IMG/VR virus record: IMGVR_UViG_3300020084_000003
Location: 186,001-250,000 of that record
DNA: 64,000 nucleotides
Direction: 5' to 3' (one strand)
In this document: piece by piece, positions 20,066-28,695 of the stretch
How the letters are laid out: every line of letters starts with the position of its first letter
Position numbering within the stretch: position 1 is the first letter of the stretch
Notes under the pieces: model-generated
Seen by the model: only the letters and a program-made list of their open reading frames with translations
Told to the model about the DNA's origin: nothing
The model's database searches: none
Program-made: the position numbers and the translations under genes

Positions 20066-20190
20066 ACGGTAGTATTATTTAGAGACTCAAGTAATCTCTA
20101 AACACCACTTTATATCTTTAAATATATAAAATAATCTTTTAATTTCAAGCACTTAATAATTTTTAATTTATTCTACGACTGTTGCAGGAA

Positions 20191-21072
20191 TCACACAGCC
20201 ATGTTCATTTTGATGGTTGGGTGTGGATTGTAGCCTACAAATGAGATACCATTTACAATATCATCGGAAAATATTTTTTTGTTATACACTACATTTTCAA
20301 ATTCACTAATAACTCTATCTGAGATAACCAGCTTAGGCAGTCCAGTGTCTTCTCTCTCAAAAATCTGTTTTAGAGGATCAATGTGATCTTGGTATATATG
20401 TGCATCTCCAATAGTATGAACGAACGTTCCTACCTCAAGGTTGCAATACCTCGCGATGATATGAGTTAACAAGGCATATGATGCAATATTAAACGGAACC
20501 CCAAGACCGATATCTGCCGATCTTTGATACAATTGACAACTCAATTTGCCATTTGATACATAAAACTGAAACATCGTGTGGCATGGTGGAAGTGCCATCT
20601 GATCTATTTCAGCAACATTCCAACTGTTTACAATAATCCTTCTAGAATCTGGATTGTTTTTAATTGTCTCAATTGCAGCTTTGATTTGGTCAACACCATT
20701 GCAATCTCGCCATTGTTTAGAATAAACCGGGCCTAGTTCTTTAACTAGATCATTATTTTCGTAACCTAGATTTTTACCTTGATAATCTGCATTGGCAGTC
20801 CACACTGTATTTTTTCCGATTAGGTTTTCTCTTTTATCATTATATTGTAGTTCTGCAAGTCTGCGTTCATCAGTTGACCCTTCTAAAAACCAAAATAGTT
20901 CTGCGACTAATGGTTTTATTGCAGTTCTCTTAGAACCTAAAAGTGGGAACCCTTCTGATAGATCGAATTTCATTTGATATCCAAATATTGATCTGGTTCC
21001 TACGCCAGTTCTGTCGGAACGATCCTCTCCGTTTTCGATTACATCCTTAACTAATTGTAGATATTGTTTCAT
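20191..21072 (-). CDS. thyA: Thymidylate synthase
   Basis: DRTGVGT, LGPVY, DSRR, MALPPCH, YQRSADIGLGVPFNIASY, DAHIY. Confidence 0.96.
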   Translation of the reverse strand: MKQYLQLVKDVIENGEDRSDRTGVGTRSIFGYQMKFDLSEGFPLLGSKRTAIKPLVAELFWFLEGSTDERRLAELQYNDKRENLIGKNTVWTANADYQGKNLGYENNDLVKELGPVYSKQWRDCNGVDQIKAAIETIKNNPDSRRIIVNSWNVAEIDQMALPPCHTMFQFYVSNGKLSCQLYQRSADIGLGVPFNIASYALLTHIIARYCNLEVGTFVHTIGDAHIYQDHIDPLKQIFEREDTGLPKLVISDRVISEFENVVYNKKIFSDDIVNGISFVGYNPHPTIKMNMAV

Positions 21073-21587
21073 GCTTCCCTCTTATATCTTTTGACGAAAA
21101 CAAATGGTTTTGTGGTTCTTATAGTGGTAACATCTATCAGTTTAAAATTTTCTAAAATACTTTCGTCAAAGAAAACGTCAGAAGTATAATTACCATCAAT
21201 TACAGATATAATCATTTCGTCTATTAAATTTACGCTTTGCTTGATAATGTTTGGACCACCTATAACGAAAACATCGGTTTCCGAATTATTTTTAATATTT
21301 TTAACTATCTCTTCAACGTCACCAGAATATGCTTCATCGGCCAAATCTAATTTCTTTTCTTTGAACTCATCGCTGTTGCGGAAATTTGCAATGACCACGT
21401 TCTTTCTCTTGGGGAGCTTTTTGTTTCCCAAACTGTCCCAAGTGTTTCTTCCCATGACAATAGTTGCGTTAATTGTTGTCTTTTTGAAATGATTCATATC
21501 CTCTGGTATGTGTTCCCAAGGCAACTTGTTATCAATGCCAACGCCTGCTGACCTATCATGTGCTATTATTCCAATGACTTTTACCAT
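21069..21587 (-). CDS. frd: Dihydrofolate reductase
   Basis: GIDNKLPW, EDMNHFK, MGRNTWDS, LPKRKN, VIGG. Confidence 0.93.
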   Translation of the reverse strand: MVKVIGIIAHDRSAGVGIDNKLPWEHIPEDMNHFKKTTINATIVMGRNTWDSLGNKKLPKRKNVVIANFRNSDEFKEKKLDLADEAYSGDVEEIVKNIKNNSETDVFVIGGPNIIKQSVNLIDEMIISVIDGNYTSDVFFDESILENFKLIDVTTIRTTKPFVFVKRYKREA

Positions 21588-22753
21588 TCCAATTTAACCT
21601 CTTTTTTCAATTCAATTTTTTGCACTTCTTCTCTTTTTTCCTTATTTTCTTCTTCAACATACTTTCGCCATTTATTAAATGCTATGGAAGCGTTGAAACC
21701 AGAATACGTGTTATTTTCTAGGATGTTTTGAATGTCCTCTGCACTGTATCCTTCCTTTAAGATCATGTTATTAATGTCTTTTTCAACTATACCGTCAGGC
21801 CACACAACAATTGCATGTCCTGCCTCTATGGTCTTGTTCATCTTTGCAATAATCTCTTTATTTCTAGGCTCATTATCATAAACAATAACGTTGTTTTGGC
21901 TATTTGGCAGCTTGGAAAAGTCCAAGTCAGCGCCAGCCATCGCGATAGAATTGTCTATGAAAAGCGAGTCAATGCCACCCTCAAATGTGTAATATCTTCT
22001 ATTTGAGTCCAAGTTGTCCAAACCAAACACTTTTGCTTTTTTATCATTTATGGTTATGGATATGTAACGCAAGTTGGCATCAGGATCAAAACTTCTTCCT
22101 GTAAATCCATTCATCACCCCGTCTTCATCTATAAAAGGCAAGATAAGTCTAGGCTCATCTTGCTTCAATGCCGAATCTGGAAATTTGTTTGGAATTATAG
22201 AGTTTACCCACTTTTTGAACTTTGGCGCATAATACAGCCTTTCATAAGATTTTTTGGGTATTTTTCTACTCTCTAGATATGCTATTGCAGGATGGTCAGG
22301 AGAAAGATCATTTATATTCTTTATCCTACCTAGATTTGCATCTGTATCTTCTACTGCATCTTCGTCTTTATCAATCTTTATTTCATTAGATACTGAAAGA
22401 ATTTTTGATCCGCCTGACGATCCTTCAATTCCTTTTGGAGTTGCGAACAGGTTTGGCTTTCTATTCTCTTTACCTTCCATGAATTTTGTGGTAATGTATT
22501 CATCATACATGAAGTGGTCAACTTCTTTAATGAACTTGCCAAATGAGTGTGATGCAAAACAGTTGTGACAATAGTATGATAACTTATTGTCTTTTTCTAA
22601 AATCCAACCTCTTGATTTTGTTTTTGACTTCTTTGAGTCACCACAAAGTGGACACCTAAAGTTAACTTTAAGTGGGCTTTGATTTGTTATCCTGAATCTA
22701 TCGAATCTAGTGGATAACCTATTCACAAAATCCAAATCTACATAATCAACCAT
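21581..22753 (-). CDS. gp61: DNA primase (T4 gp61-like)
   Basis: FRCPLCGDS...YYCHNC Zn finger, RLILPF, EGGIDSLF, YDNEPRN, KDIN. Confidence 0.93.
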   Translation of the reverse strand: MVDYVDLDFVNRLSTRFDRFRITNQSPLKVNFRCPLCGDSKKSKTKSRGWILEKDNKLSYYCHNCFASHSFGKFIKEVDHFMYDEYITTKFMEGKENRKPNLFATPKGIEGSSGGSKILSVSNEIKIDKDEDAVEDTDANLGRIKNINDLSPDHPAIAYLESRKIPKKSYERLYYAPKFKKWVNSIIPNKFPDSALKQDEPRLILPFIDEDGVMNGFTGRSFDPDANLRYISITINDKKAKVFGLDNLDSNRRYYTFEGGIDSLFIDNSIAMAGADLDFSKLPNSQNNVIVYDNEPRNKEIIAKMNKTIEAGHAIVVWPDGIVEKDINNMILKEGYSAEDIQNILENNTYSGFNASIAFNKWRKYVEEENKEKREEVQKIELKKEVKLEW

Positions 22754-22779
22754 ATCAGACTCCTCAAAAACAAGGTTAT

Positions 22780-22808
22780 ATACTAACCTATCTTTTCGAG
22801 TTTGTCAA
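22780..22808 (-). promoter_or_regulatory. Sigma70-type promoter of primase
   Basis: TTGACA-17nt-TAGTAT. Confidence 0.7.
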
Positions 22809-22821
22809 GTGGATTCTGCGC

Positions 22822-22956
22822 TTATCTAGGTCCGTTGACCATGATAATTATCTCGTTTTCATCTTGCATCTTGACGGGGCCGTTCCCCATTGCATAGCTA
22901 TACCCGAATAAAGCTATCCACAACGCAAAGATGGTTTTTCTCCATGTATTCATCAT
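22822..22956 (-). CDS. 44-aa membrane or secreted peptide (not in ORF track)
   Basis: MMNTWRKTIFALWIALFGYSYAMGNGPVKMQDENEIIIMVNGPR; RBS GGAG. Confidence 0.45.
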   Translation of the reverse strand: MMNTWRKTIFALWIALFGYSYAMGNGPVKMQDENEIIIMVNGPR

Positions 22957-22972
22957 ATGCTCCAATAAAAAA

Positions 22973-23006
22973 TAGGCGTCATGCCACCAACGCAGCACAA
23001 CGCCTA
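22973..23006 (-). terminator. Intrinsic terminator after the holin-like gene
   Basis: 15-bp GU-containing stem UAGGCGUUGUGCUGC/GUGGCAUGACGCCUA followed by UUUUUAUU. Confidence 0.7.
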
Positions 23007-23014
23007 ACTAGTTA

Positions 23015-23359
23015 TTATTCGTTTTTACTTTTTTCTTTTTCGTTGTTGCTATCTAATTTTCTGCTCAAGATAAACCTTAGCCAATCTTTTACAAAGTCCT
23101 TATCTTTTGACATATCCAATACGCTTTCCATGATATTTTCAAAGGTTATTGCTATCAGAATAGCAATTGGGACGTGCCAGCTTGAAGAAAGAGAAAGTAG
23201 CTCGACTACAGGCATATACAAGATTAGACCAGAAAATAGAGCAATAGATACAGAAGACATTACCCCTATAACTGTCCAACTCTCCGTTTTTTTTAATCTA
23301 AACATCACTGCTATCAGCGATGCAATCCATATTTCTATGGGAAATCCGAAAAAGCTCAT
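23015..23359 (-). CDS. Probable holin
   Basis: 114 aa, about three TM segments, charged C-terminal tail; next to spanins and endolysin; own late promoter. Confidence 0.55.
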   Translation of the reverse strand: MSFFGFPIEIWIASLIAVMFRLKKTESWTVIGVMSSVSIALFSGLILYMPVVELLSLSSSWHVPIAILIAITFENIMESVLDMSKDKDFVKDWLRFILSRKLDSNNEKEKSKNE

Positions 23360-23455
23360 TTTTTCTCTCCTAGTTATATCTTTTTCAAAAACCCCATACC
23401 AATAGTCCCAAGCATCATTACTAAAAAATTGCGAGTTTCTGCACCCGCACCATAG

Positions 23456-23463
23456 TATTTATA
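23456..23463 (-). promoter_or_regulatory. T4-type late promoter
   Basis: TATAAATA on the minus strand, intergenic. Confidence 0.7.
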
Positions 23464-23510
23464 GTTTTGATTTAATGAATATTCTACATATATGTCACTA
23501 TTAAAAAATA

Positions 23511-23534
23511 AGCTCTGGTTTTTCAACCAGAGCT
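23511..23534 (-). terminator. Intrinsic terminator after o-spanin
   Basis: AGCTCTGGTT-4nt-AACCAGAGCT plus T-tract. Confidence 0.75.
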
Positions 23535-23556
23535 AGAAAATAAATTTAAAATTAGT

Positions 23557-23913
23557 TTATCTTTCAAAGTATCTTTCGTATGTTCTAATGACTGCATCTT
23601 TTTGTTGTATGACAGTTCTGGTAGAAGCAATGTTTTGTGAAAGATTTTGGTAATTCTGTGCATCTAATGCAAAGTAGCTTTTACCATCTTCCAATCTTTG
23701 TGATGCAGTTTCTTTGGAAAGAACTACCCACTGAACATCTCTTGTAACTAAAACATCGGTTCTAGGAACAATAGGTGCAGGTCTTTTTACTTCAACAGTC
23801 CTAACAACTACTTCTGGTTCGGGCGGTGCCTGAACAACTGGTTCTGCTCTACTAAAAGCTGAACATGCTGACAAAGACAGCACAGATACTAAAAGGAAGG
23901 CTTTCACAATCAT
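23557..23913 (-). CDS. o-spanin (outer-membrane lipoprotein)
   Basis: Lipobox LSAC (Cys17), Pro-rich linker, follows i-spanin. Confidence 0.78.
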   Translation of the reverse strand: MIVKAFLLVSVLSLSACSAFSRAEPVVQAPPEPEVVVRTVEVKRPAPIVPRTDVLVTRDVQWVVLSKETASQRLEDGKSYFALDAQNYQNLSQNIASTRTVIQQKDAVIRTYERYFER

Positions 23914-23925
23914 AATATTCTCCTA

Positions 23926-24402
23926 TCAATTTTTAAAAAGCCAAGGACACTCGGAATTAAATTCTCTTTCGTTTGTTGCATTTAATTCTTTACTGTTCAA
24001 TGGCGCTCCACTCAAAAGCTCTAAACATCTCATTGATTCTTTAGATGCATTGTTTATAATATTTTCAATCAAATCAGGTTTAGCTAGTGCTAGAGCGTTC
24101 AAGTCGTGTCTTTCAAATCTTTGAGTAAGTTCATTTTCATACATTCTGAATAAACCAAACTCACCCTCTAAAGAATGAAAATCTTCACGAATTCTGTCAT
24201 ACTCACGTTCCATCTGATTGATAGTCTCATTGTTTGTAGCTACAGCATTTTTCAAAGTTTTTATGTCAGTAGCTTGTGCAGCGTTTTGCTGCACAAGGTA
24301 TTCTATTCTATCTTGGGCTTTTTCTTGAGCTTGTTTATTTGTGTAATAAAGACCACCAAAAGCCATCCCTATGACGACAATCAATAAGATATAAATTCTC
24401 AT
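23926..24402 (-). CDS. i-spanin
   Basis: N-terminal TM plus periplasmic coiled coil, AKPDLIE motif, C-terminal Cys residues; follows endolysin. Confidence 0.78.
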   Translation of the reverse strand: MRIYILLIVVIGMAFGGLYYTNKQAQEKAQDRIEYLVQQNAAQATDIKTLKNAVATNNETINQMEREYDRIREDFHSLEGEFGLFRMYENELTQRFERHDLNALALAKPDLIENIINNASKESMRCLELLSGAPLNSKELNATNEREFNSECPWLFKN

Positions 24403-24403
24403 T

Positions 24404-25285
24404 TTATGCCACCAAAAGCTTGTTCACTTGTTCTATAGATAGAACGCCGGTGACTGCCAATTTGTTGCTTCTTTGCCAAGACCTCACGGCATTTTGTGTC
24501 ATATTTCCAAAAATACCGTCAACATCTTTGCCTTTGAAACCAAGTTTAGCTTGTGCTTGCTTAACATCCTCGCCTCTGCTACCATGACGCAACGCTCTTA
24601 CATTGACTAAGGTTCCAGCAGGAGCAGCAGGAGTTGGTTCAGGTTTGCTATTCATATTCTCAAGAACTTTTTTGTTTCTTGTATATTTGCTAACACGATC
24701 AGCCATGCCATTGTCGCCACCATTGACGGCTCTTGACATTCCACGTATATCATCTCTATCAGCAAATGCAGAAAGATTTCTCTGCTTCCAGAACCAACAT
24801 GCACTGTCAAAAGCGCCTCTTTTTGTCCCTAGATATACAGATGCTTCTTCTGCGGTCATGTTCTTATACTTGGCAAATGCTGTGTAGTTGTTTCTTCCGG
24901 TTAACTGAAAAATGCCTCTTCCACGGAATCTCCAACCGTCACCGGCTTGCGTATTGCCTAGTTTATTCACTCTATTTGCATCATTATAAACATGATTCGC
25001 AATCTTCTGTGGATTACGATTATATTGTTTTGCGATAGCATCGGTAGGGAAATATCTTCTACCAAATACTTGAACTAGTCTATCCCACGAATAATTTAAG
25101 TTCTCTATAAGAACTTTAAAGTCGGATGACTCATGTGCGCCCTGTGCGAAAAACCCTGCAATTCTGTTAGGCGTATTTATTTCATACTCTTCGAAATATT
25201 CCATGCAAAAAGAGTGCCATGTTTCAGGCTCAACATTTGCAGGAATCATAGCCTTAACATGTGCTACGGTTAGGTTGATGGACAT
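24404..25285 (-). CDS. Endolysin, GH19 family, with C-terminal peptidoglycan-binding domain
   Basis: AQGAHES, ENLNYS, GDGWRFRGRGIFQLTGRNNY, VNGG.NG; PG_binding_1 LRHGSRGEDV...DGIFG; start MSIN at 25285. Confidence 0.9.
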   Translation of the reverse strand: MSINLTVAHVKAMIPANVEPETWHSFCMEYFEEYEINTPNRIAGFFAQGAHESSDFKVLIENLNYSWDRLVQVFGRRYFPTDAIAKQYNRNPQKIANHVYNDANRVNKLGNTQAGDGWRFRGRGIFQLTGRNNYTAFAKYKNMTAEEASVYLGTKRGAFDSACWFWKQRNLSAFADRDDIRGMSRAVNGGDNGMADRVSKYTRNKKVLENMNSKPEPTPAAPAGTLVNVRALRHGSRGEDVKQAQAKLGFKGKDVDGIFGNMTQNAVRSWQRSNKLAVTGVLSIEQVNKLLVA

Positions 25286-25310
25286 TTTTCTCCCCTTTGT
25301 TTTTAAGAAA

Positions 25311-25814
25311 TTAAGATTGAAGCTTACCGCCAATCCCTTTAAGAAGGTTTTTAACCTGTCTACGACCAACTTCATCACCATTTACGAAAAACCTTGTCAT
25401 TTTGTCGCCCTCGAAAACACGAACTTCCAATTTGTTGTTTTCGTGAGCTTTATTATAGTTTACTACTATTTCTTTAGCTTTTTTTAGAATTTGGTCAGAC
25501 GATTGCAAGATGTAAAGGTCACTATTTCCTTTATCATCGTCATCGCCTTCACTTGATTCTTTTTTAGCACTAGCTGCCTTTGCACCATCTTCAAAGGCTT
25601 TTTTAGCGATCTTTTTTTCGTCGTCGCTTAGTTTAGACTTTTTTTTTGTGCCTTCGTCGTCAGACTCTTTTGCTTCGACAACTGGCTGTGGTGCCGGTGC
25701 GGAGAATGATATTTTACTTGCCATTAGCTCATTCATACCTGCCGCAAAATCTTTTCTAAAAGACATTACGTCTTTGTTTAGAGCATGATTAATCAAATCT
25801 CTTTTATCACTCAT
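25311..25814 (-). CDS. Putative head-internal / prohead core (gp67-like) protein
   Basis: N-terminus DLINHALNKD...F..GM resembles T4 gp67-type core proteins; acidic/Lys-rich; VVE cleavage-like site. Confidence 0.4.
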   Translation of the reverse strand: MSDKRDLINHALNKDVMSFRKDFAAGMNELMASKISFSAPAPQPVVEAKESDDEGTKKKSKLSDDEKKIAKKAFEDGAKAASAKKESSEGDDDDKGNSDLYILQSSDQILKKAKEIVVNYNKAHENNKLEVRVFEGDKMTRFFVNGDEVGRRQVKNLLKGIGGKLQS

Positions 25815-26286
25815 CTTTAAGTTTCTCCTTAGTAGCCTTAGCTTTTTCTCTATGTCTTCTTATAAAATGGTGCCTGACTGCCGGTGAAATAGAATCTACG
25901 CCCAATCCAGCAATTGCGGATGATGAGGTATGATTCGCCGGAACATCTTCAAGCAATTCCAAATATTCTCTTATGTTATTTATATCTTCGGGACTAAGCG
26001 AATCTATGTCTAGACTCTCATTTTCCTTAACCAGATAAAGTGCCGCAGCATATGAAGCAAGTTTCGATGCTCCACCCGGCAATTTAGCCATTTCTCTTTT
26101 CAAATTCAATGCAAGCAAATCCAGCTTGGTAAAAGAATCCTTTTCATTACGGCTAGTTAGATCAGTCTTCAAAACGTTGCCTTTATCATCAATCACGCCG
26201 TGCTTAAAGGCTCTCCACTTTTTGAAAGGAGTAGACAACTTTTTGATAAGCTTATACACGGCAATGTTATCAATCTGTCTGTCCAT
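25807..26286 (-). CDS. Conserved T4-like virion-associated protein (gp61.1-like)
   Basis: YKLIKKLSTPFKKWRAFKHGVIDDKGNVL motif recalled from T4-like phages. Confidence 0.55.
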   Translation of the reverse strand: MDRQIDNIAVYKLIKKLSTPFKKWRAFKHGVIDDKGNVLKTDLTSRNEKDSFTKLDLLALNLKREMAKLPGGASKLASYAAALYLVKENESLDIDSLSPEDINNIREYLELLEDVPANHTSSSAIAGLGVDSISPAVRHHFIRRHREKAKATKEKLKDE

Positions 26287-26288
26287 TT

Positions 26289-26663
26289 TTATATCCTTCC
26301 AAGAATTTTTAATATTGTAGTATCAGACTCGATGTTTTTGGTATATATTATAGTATCTTCATACTCAATAGTAACCGGTAAATAGTTTAAATATGCCACA
26401 AATGGTTTCAAAACTGCATGGAATTCCTTGAGTTTATAAAACAACATATTTGTGGCATATTTACCAAAGCAATTATAAATTACAATCAAATGATTTAGAA
26501 CCAATCTTTCATTTACTACACCAGAAGCATTATATTTGCTTAACAACTTTTTGACGTATCCAATACGTTTCAAGTCTTCTTCAAATTCTTCAATTCCGTG
26601 ACAGTGTGGATTGTCATAATATTTCATTGCATATAATACAAAAGTAGATTCTTCTAATTTCAT
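26289..26663 (-). CDS. Conserved T4-like hypothetical protein
   Basis: YAMKYYDNP.C...EF.EDL.R...ERLVLNH...FG motif. Confidence 0.65.
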   Translation of the reverse strand: MKLEESTFVLYAMKYYDNPHCHGIEEFEEDLKRIGYVKKLLSKYNASGVVNERLVLNHLIVIYNCFGKYATNMLFYKLKEFHAVLKPFVAYLNYLPVTIEYEDTIIYTKNIESDTTILKILGRI

Positions 26664-26681
26664 GATGTAATTATTTCTTTC

Positions 26682-27122
26682 TTACTCGTTATCGTTTTTA
26701 AATACGACCAATGTTTCTACCTTATTACGTGCATTACCATTTTGGTCTGTATATGATACCGATCTTGTCCAACCGGGAGTTCTCAAACCAACTGCTTTAA
26801 ATTCTGCATTGGATGCTTCCTCAGTAGTTACAATTGAAAGTGTAGCTGCGTATGAAGGCTGTTTTACCCAAGATGGAACATCTTTTCTATAAAGCGCGCC
26901 TGCAACTTCATCTTCCAATTCAGCAACAGTAATCGTGTCTTCGGTTAGACCCAAGACAATGATATTTTCTCCGGTTCCATCGTTATTAGCTTTAACGATA
27001 TCTCCGACTCTTAAAACAGTTCTCAAGTCAACGCCGCCAGTTACAACAATTTCTGTTCCGCCAGCATCGCCTGCAAATACACCTTGAATAAGATCGTATT
27101 CGGTTTTATCCCATAAGCTCAT
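26682..27122 (-). CDS. Putative virion structural protein
   Basis: MSLW N-terminus and PGW...YTD.NGN.R.KVETLV C-terminus, as in myovirus virion proteins. Confidence 0.55.
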   Translation of the reverse strand: MSLWDKTEYDLIQGVFAGDAGGTEIVVTGGVDLRTVLRVGDIVKANNDGTGENIIVLGLTEDTITVAELEDEVAGALYRKDVPSWVKQPSYAATLSIVTTEEASNAEFKAVGLRTPGWTRSVSYTDQNGNARNKVETLVVFKNDNE

Positions 27123-27123
27123 T

Positions 27124-27318
27124 TTAGTTTCCTTTTCTAGTTCTAGGTTTTCTAGTGGTCTTTGGTTTTTCTTCCGCGACCACCGGTTTCTCTTCTTTCT
27201 TCTCTTCTTTCTTTTCTTCTACTACTGGCTTCACAACTTCGATAACAGCATCTACAGACGTAACACCTTCGATTCTTTTTTGTCTAAGTTGGTCAACTAA
27301 ATTTTTGAATTTTGACAT
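27124..27318 (-). CDS. Small Lys/Glu-rich protein
   Basis: EEKK repeats and basic tail; RBS AAGGA. Confidence 0.55.
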   Translation of the reverse strand: MSKFKNLVDQLRQKRIEGVTSVDAVIEVVKPVVEEKKEEKKEEKPVVAEEKPKTTRKPRTRKGN

Positions 27319-27675
27319 TTATACATCCTTACTTTCATTAATACCCTTGCTAAAAGTTTTAGAAAACGAAGTTAATACTCCTAACACGTTATCGTATCTT
27401 TTATTTATCTTTATAACAGGTATATCAACTCCTAATTTTTTTGCTGCTAACCACCTGTGATGCCCATCTATAACTCTGTTATCTTTGGAAACCAAAATGG
27501 TCTTATCTTTTATTTTATCATACTCTCTAATGAGTGAATCGACTTTGCTAAGGTTAAACTCCGATTGTGTTGGCTTTAAACTCTCTGCTGGAATGTTACA
27601 CTCTTCATATTTTACGCCCATTCTAGTTAGAAAAGATTTCAGCCATCTAAAATCTTTAGTAGAAACCTGTGGCAT
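27319..27675 (-). CDS. ParB/Sulfiredoxin-like domain; probably the -1 frameshift extension of the upstream gene (frame open from 27704)
   Basis: LKPTQ, ILVSKD.RVIDGHHRW; upstream in-frame VDTCGIKRAD has no start codon. Confidence 0.75.
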   Translation of the reverse strand: MPQVSTKDFRWLKSFLTRMGVKYEECNIPAESLKPTQSEFNLSKVDSLIREYDKIKDKTILVSKDNRVIDGHHRWLAAKKLGVDIPVIKINKRYDNVLGVLTSFSKTFSKGINESKDV

Positions 27676-27711
27676 ATCGGCTCTTTTTATCCCACAGGTA
27701 TCTACTTTTTT
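27665..27711 (-). promoter_or_regulatory. Predicted -1 programmed ribosomal frameshift signal
   Basis: In-frame A AAA AAG (27711-27705) then UAG; 5-nt spacer; 8-bp stem ACCUGUGG/CCACAGGU. Confidence 0.7.
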
Positions 27712-28604
27712 GGAAGGTCTTCTTTTTTAACCAAATAAGCTTCTGTGAATATTGAATTAATATCTGTAGAATCTTTTAGTTCTTCAATACCTTCTTTAAT
27801 AGACTTTTTACCTGCAATCTTTTTAACAACGCTTTTAGGTGTTGTATTCTTAACCTGTTTAACTTCACCTGATTTATCAGTCTTGACAGTTGGTTTTGGC
27901 TTGACAGCAGATTTTTTGTCTGTTGTAGAGCTTACACCGGACTTAGCCAAAGCTGTTTTAAGTCTCTCATTTTCAATTTGTTTAACTTTCGGAACCATTT
28001 TTGAAGAAAGTCTCTGTAGGACAGAATTAGGTATTCTTGCCATTCTTTTGTCAATAGTCATTTTTTCAGAAGGTGACAAATCACTATATTTCTTGTTACC
28101 AGTAAATCTATCTCTCAAAGTTGATCTTGCGCGTCTTGTGGCTCTCTTACCGATTTGATCCATGTTTGCGCGTCTACGGTTTGCTCTTTTTCTAGCAGTA
28201 GAAATTTTTGTTTTGTAACGACGCATAACCATCGCACGTTTTCTTCTAGCTGCAATATCTAGAACTCTACCTTCTTCAATGATAGAATAACCTTGAATTT
28301 CTTCAATCATGGCAGAAAGTTCTGAATATAGAATATCTGCAATTTCATGCAAATCTTCGGACAAATCCTCAACGAAATCATCAAAAGATTCGTCTAAAAC
28401 ATCTACAATCAGATCGGCAGTGTTCAACGTGGTATTTTCGTTAATTTTGATTGCATCCATCTCTAGAATGGTCTTGCAAAAATCTTGAATAGTTTTTTCC
28501 ATTGTTGGCCTCAATATTATATATTTGCTGTTATCAACATCCTGCCCGTCTTTTTTCTTAGATGTTTTAGACTTTTTGTTTTTGTCATTAGAAATTAGAG
28601 ACAT
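27702..28604 (-). CDS. Prohead-core-like (gp68-type) basic head protein
   Basis: Acidic N-terminus with I/LxE sites, then Arg-rich ARRKRAMVMRR...KRATRRAR...LSPSEK..IDKR domain; late promoter upstream. Confidence 0.55.
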   Translation of the reverse strand: MSLISNDKNKKSKTSKKKDGQDVDNSKYIILRPTMEKTIQDFCKTILEMDAIKINENTTLNTADLIVDVLDESFDDFVEDLSEDLHEIADILYSELSAMIEEIQGYSIIEEGRVLDIAARRKRAMVMRRYKTKISTARKRANRRRANMDQIGKRATRRARSTLRDRFTGNKKYSDLSPSEKMTIDKRMARIPNSVLQRLSSKMVPKVKQIENERLKTALAKSGVSSTTDKKSAVKPKPTVKTDKSGEVKQVKNTTPKSVVKKIAGKKSIKEGIEELKDSTDINSIFTEAYLVKKEDLPKK

Positions 28605-28637
28605 GATGCACCCTTAATTAAAGTTTTGTTATTATGA

Positions 28638-28645
28638 TATTTATA
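28638..28645 (-). promoter_or_regulatory. T4-type late promoter
   Basis: TATAAATA ending 34 nt upstream of ATG 28604. Confidence 0.75.
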
Positions 28646-28667
28646 CATCTTAGACTTCTTGGCAAAT

Positions 28668-28694
28668 AAAAAAAGCCCCACTAGGGGGCTTTTT
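28668..28694. terminator. Intrinsic terminator, bidirectional form
   Basis: AAAAAAAGCCCC-ACTAG-GGGGCTTTTT. Confidence 0.8.
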
Positions 28695-28695
28695 C

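Noticed and set aside
20100-20125. Possible NrdR box upstream of nrdH (CACTTTATATCTTT)
   Set aside because: Only the core resembles the consensus, it is not palindromic or tandem, and the background is very AT-rich
17304-21072. Introns or inteins in nrdE or thyA
   Set aside because: Both ORFs are continuous and of normal length
22890-23405. 171-aa plus-strand ORF opposite the holin candidate
   Set aside because: The minus-strand gene has the RBS, late promoter and terminator; this is its shadow
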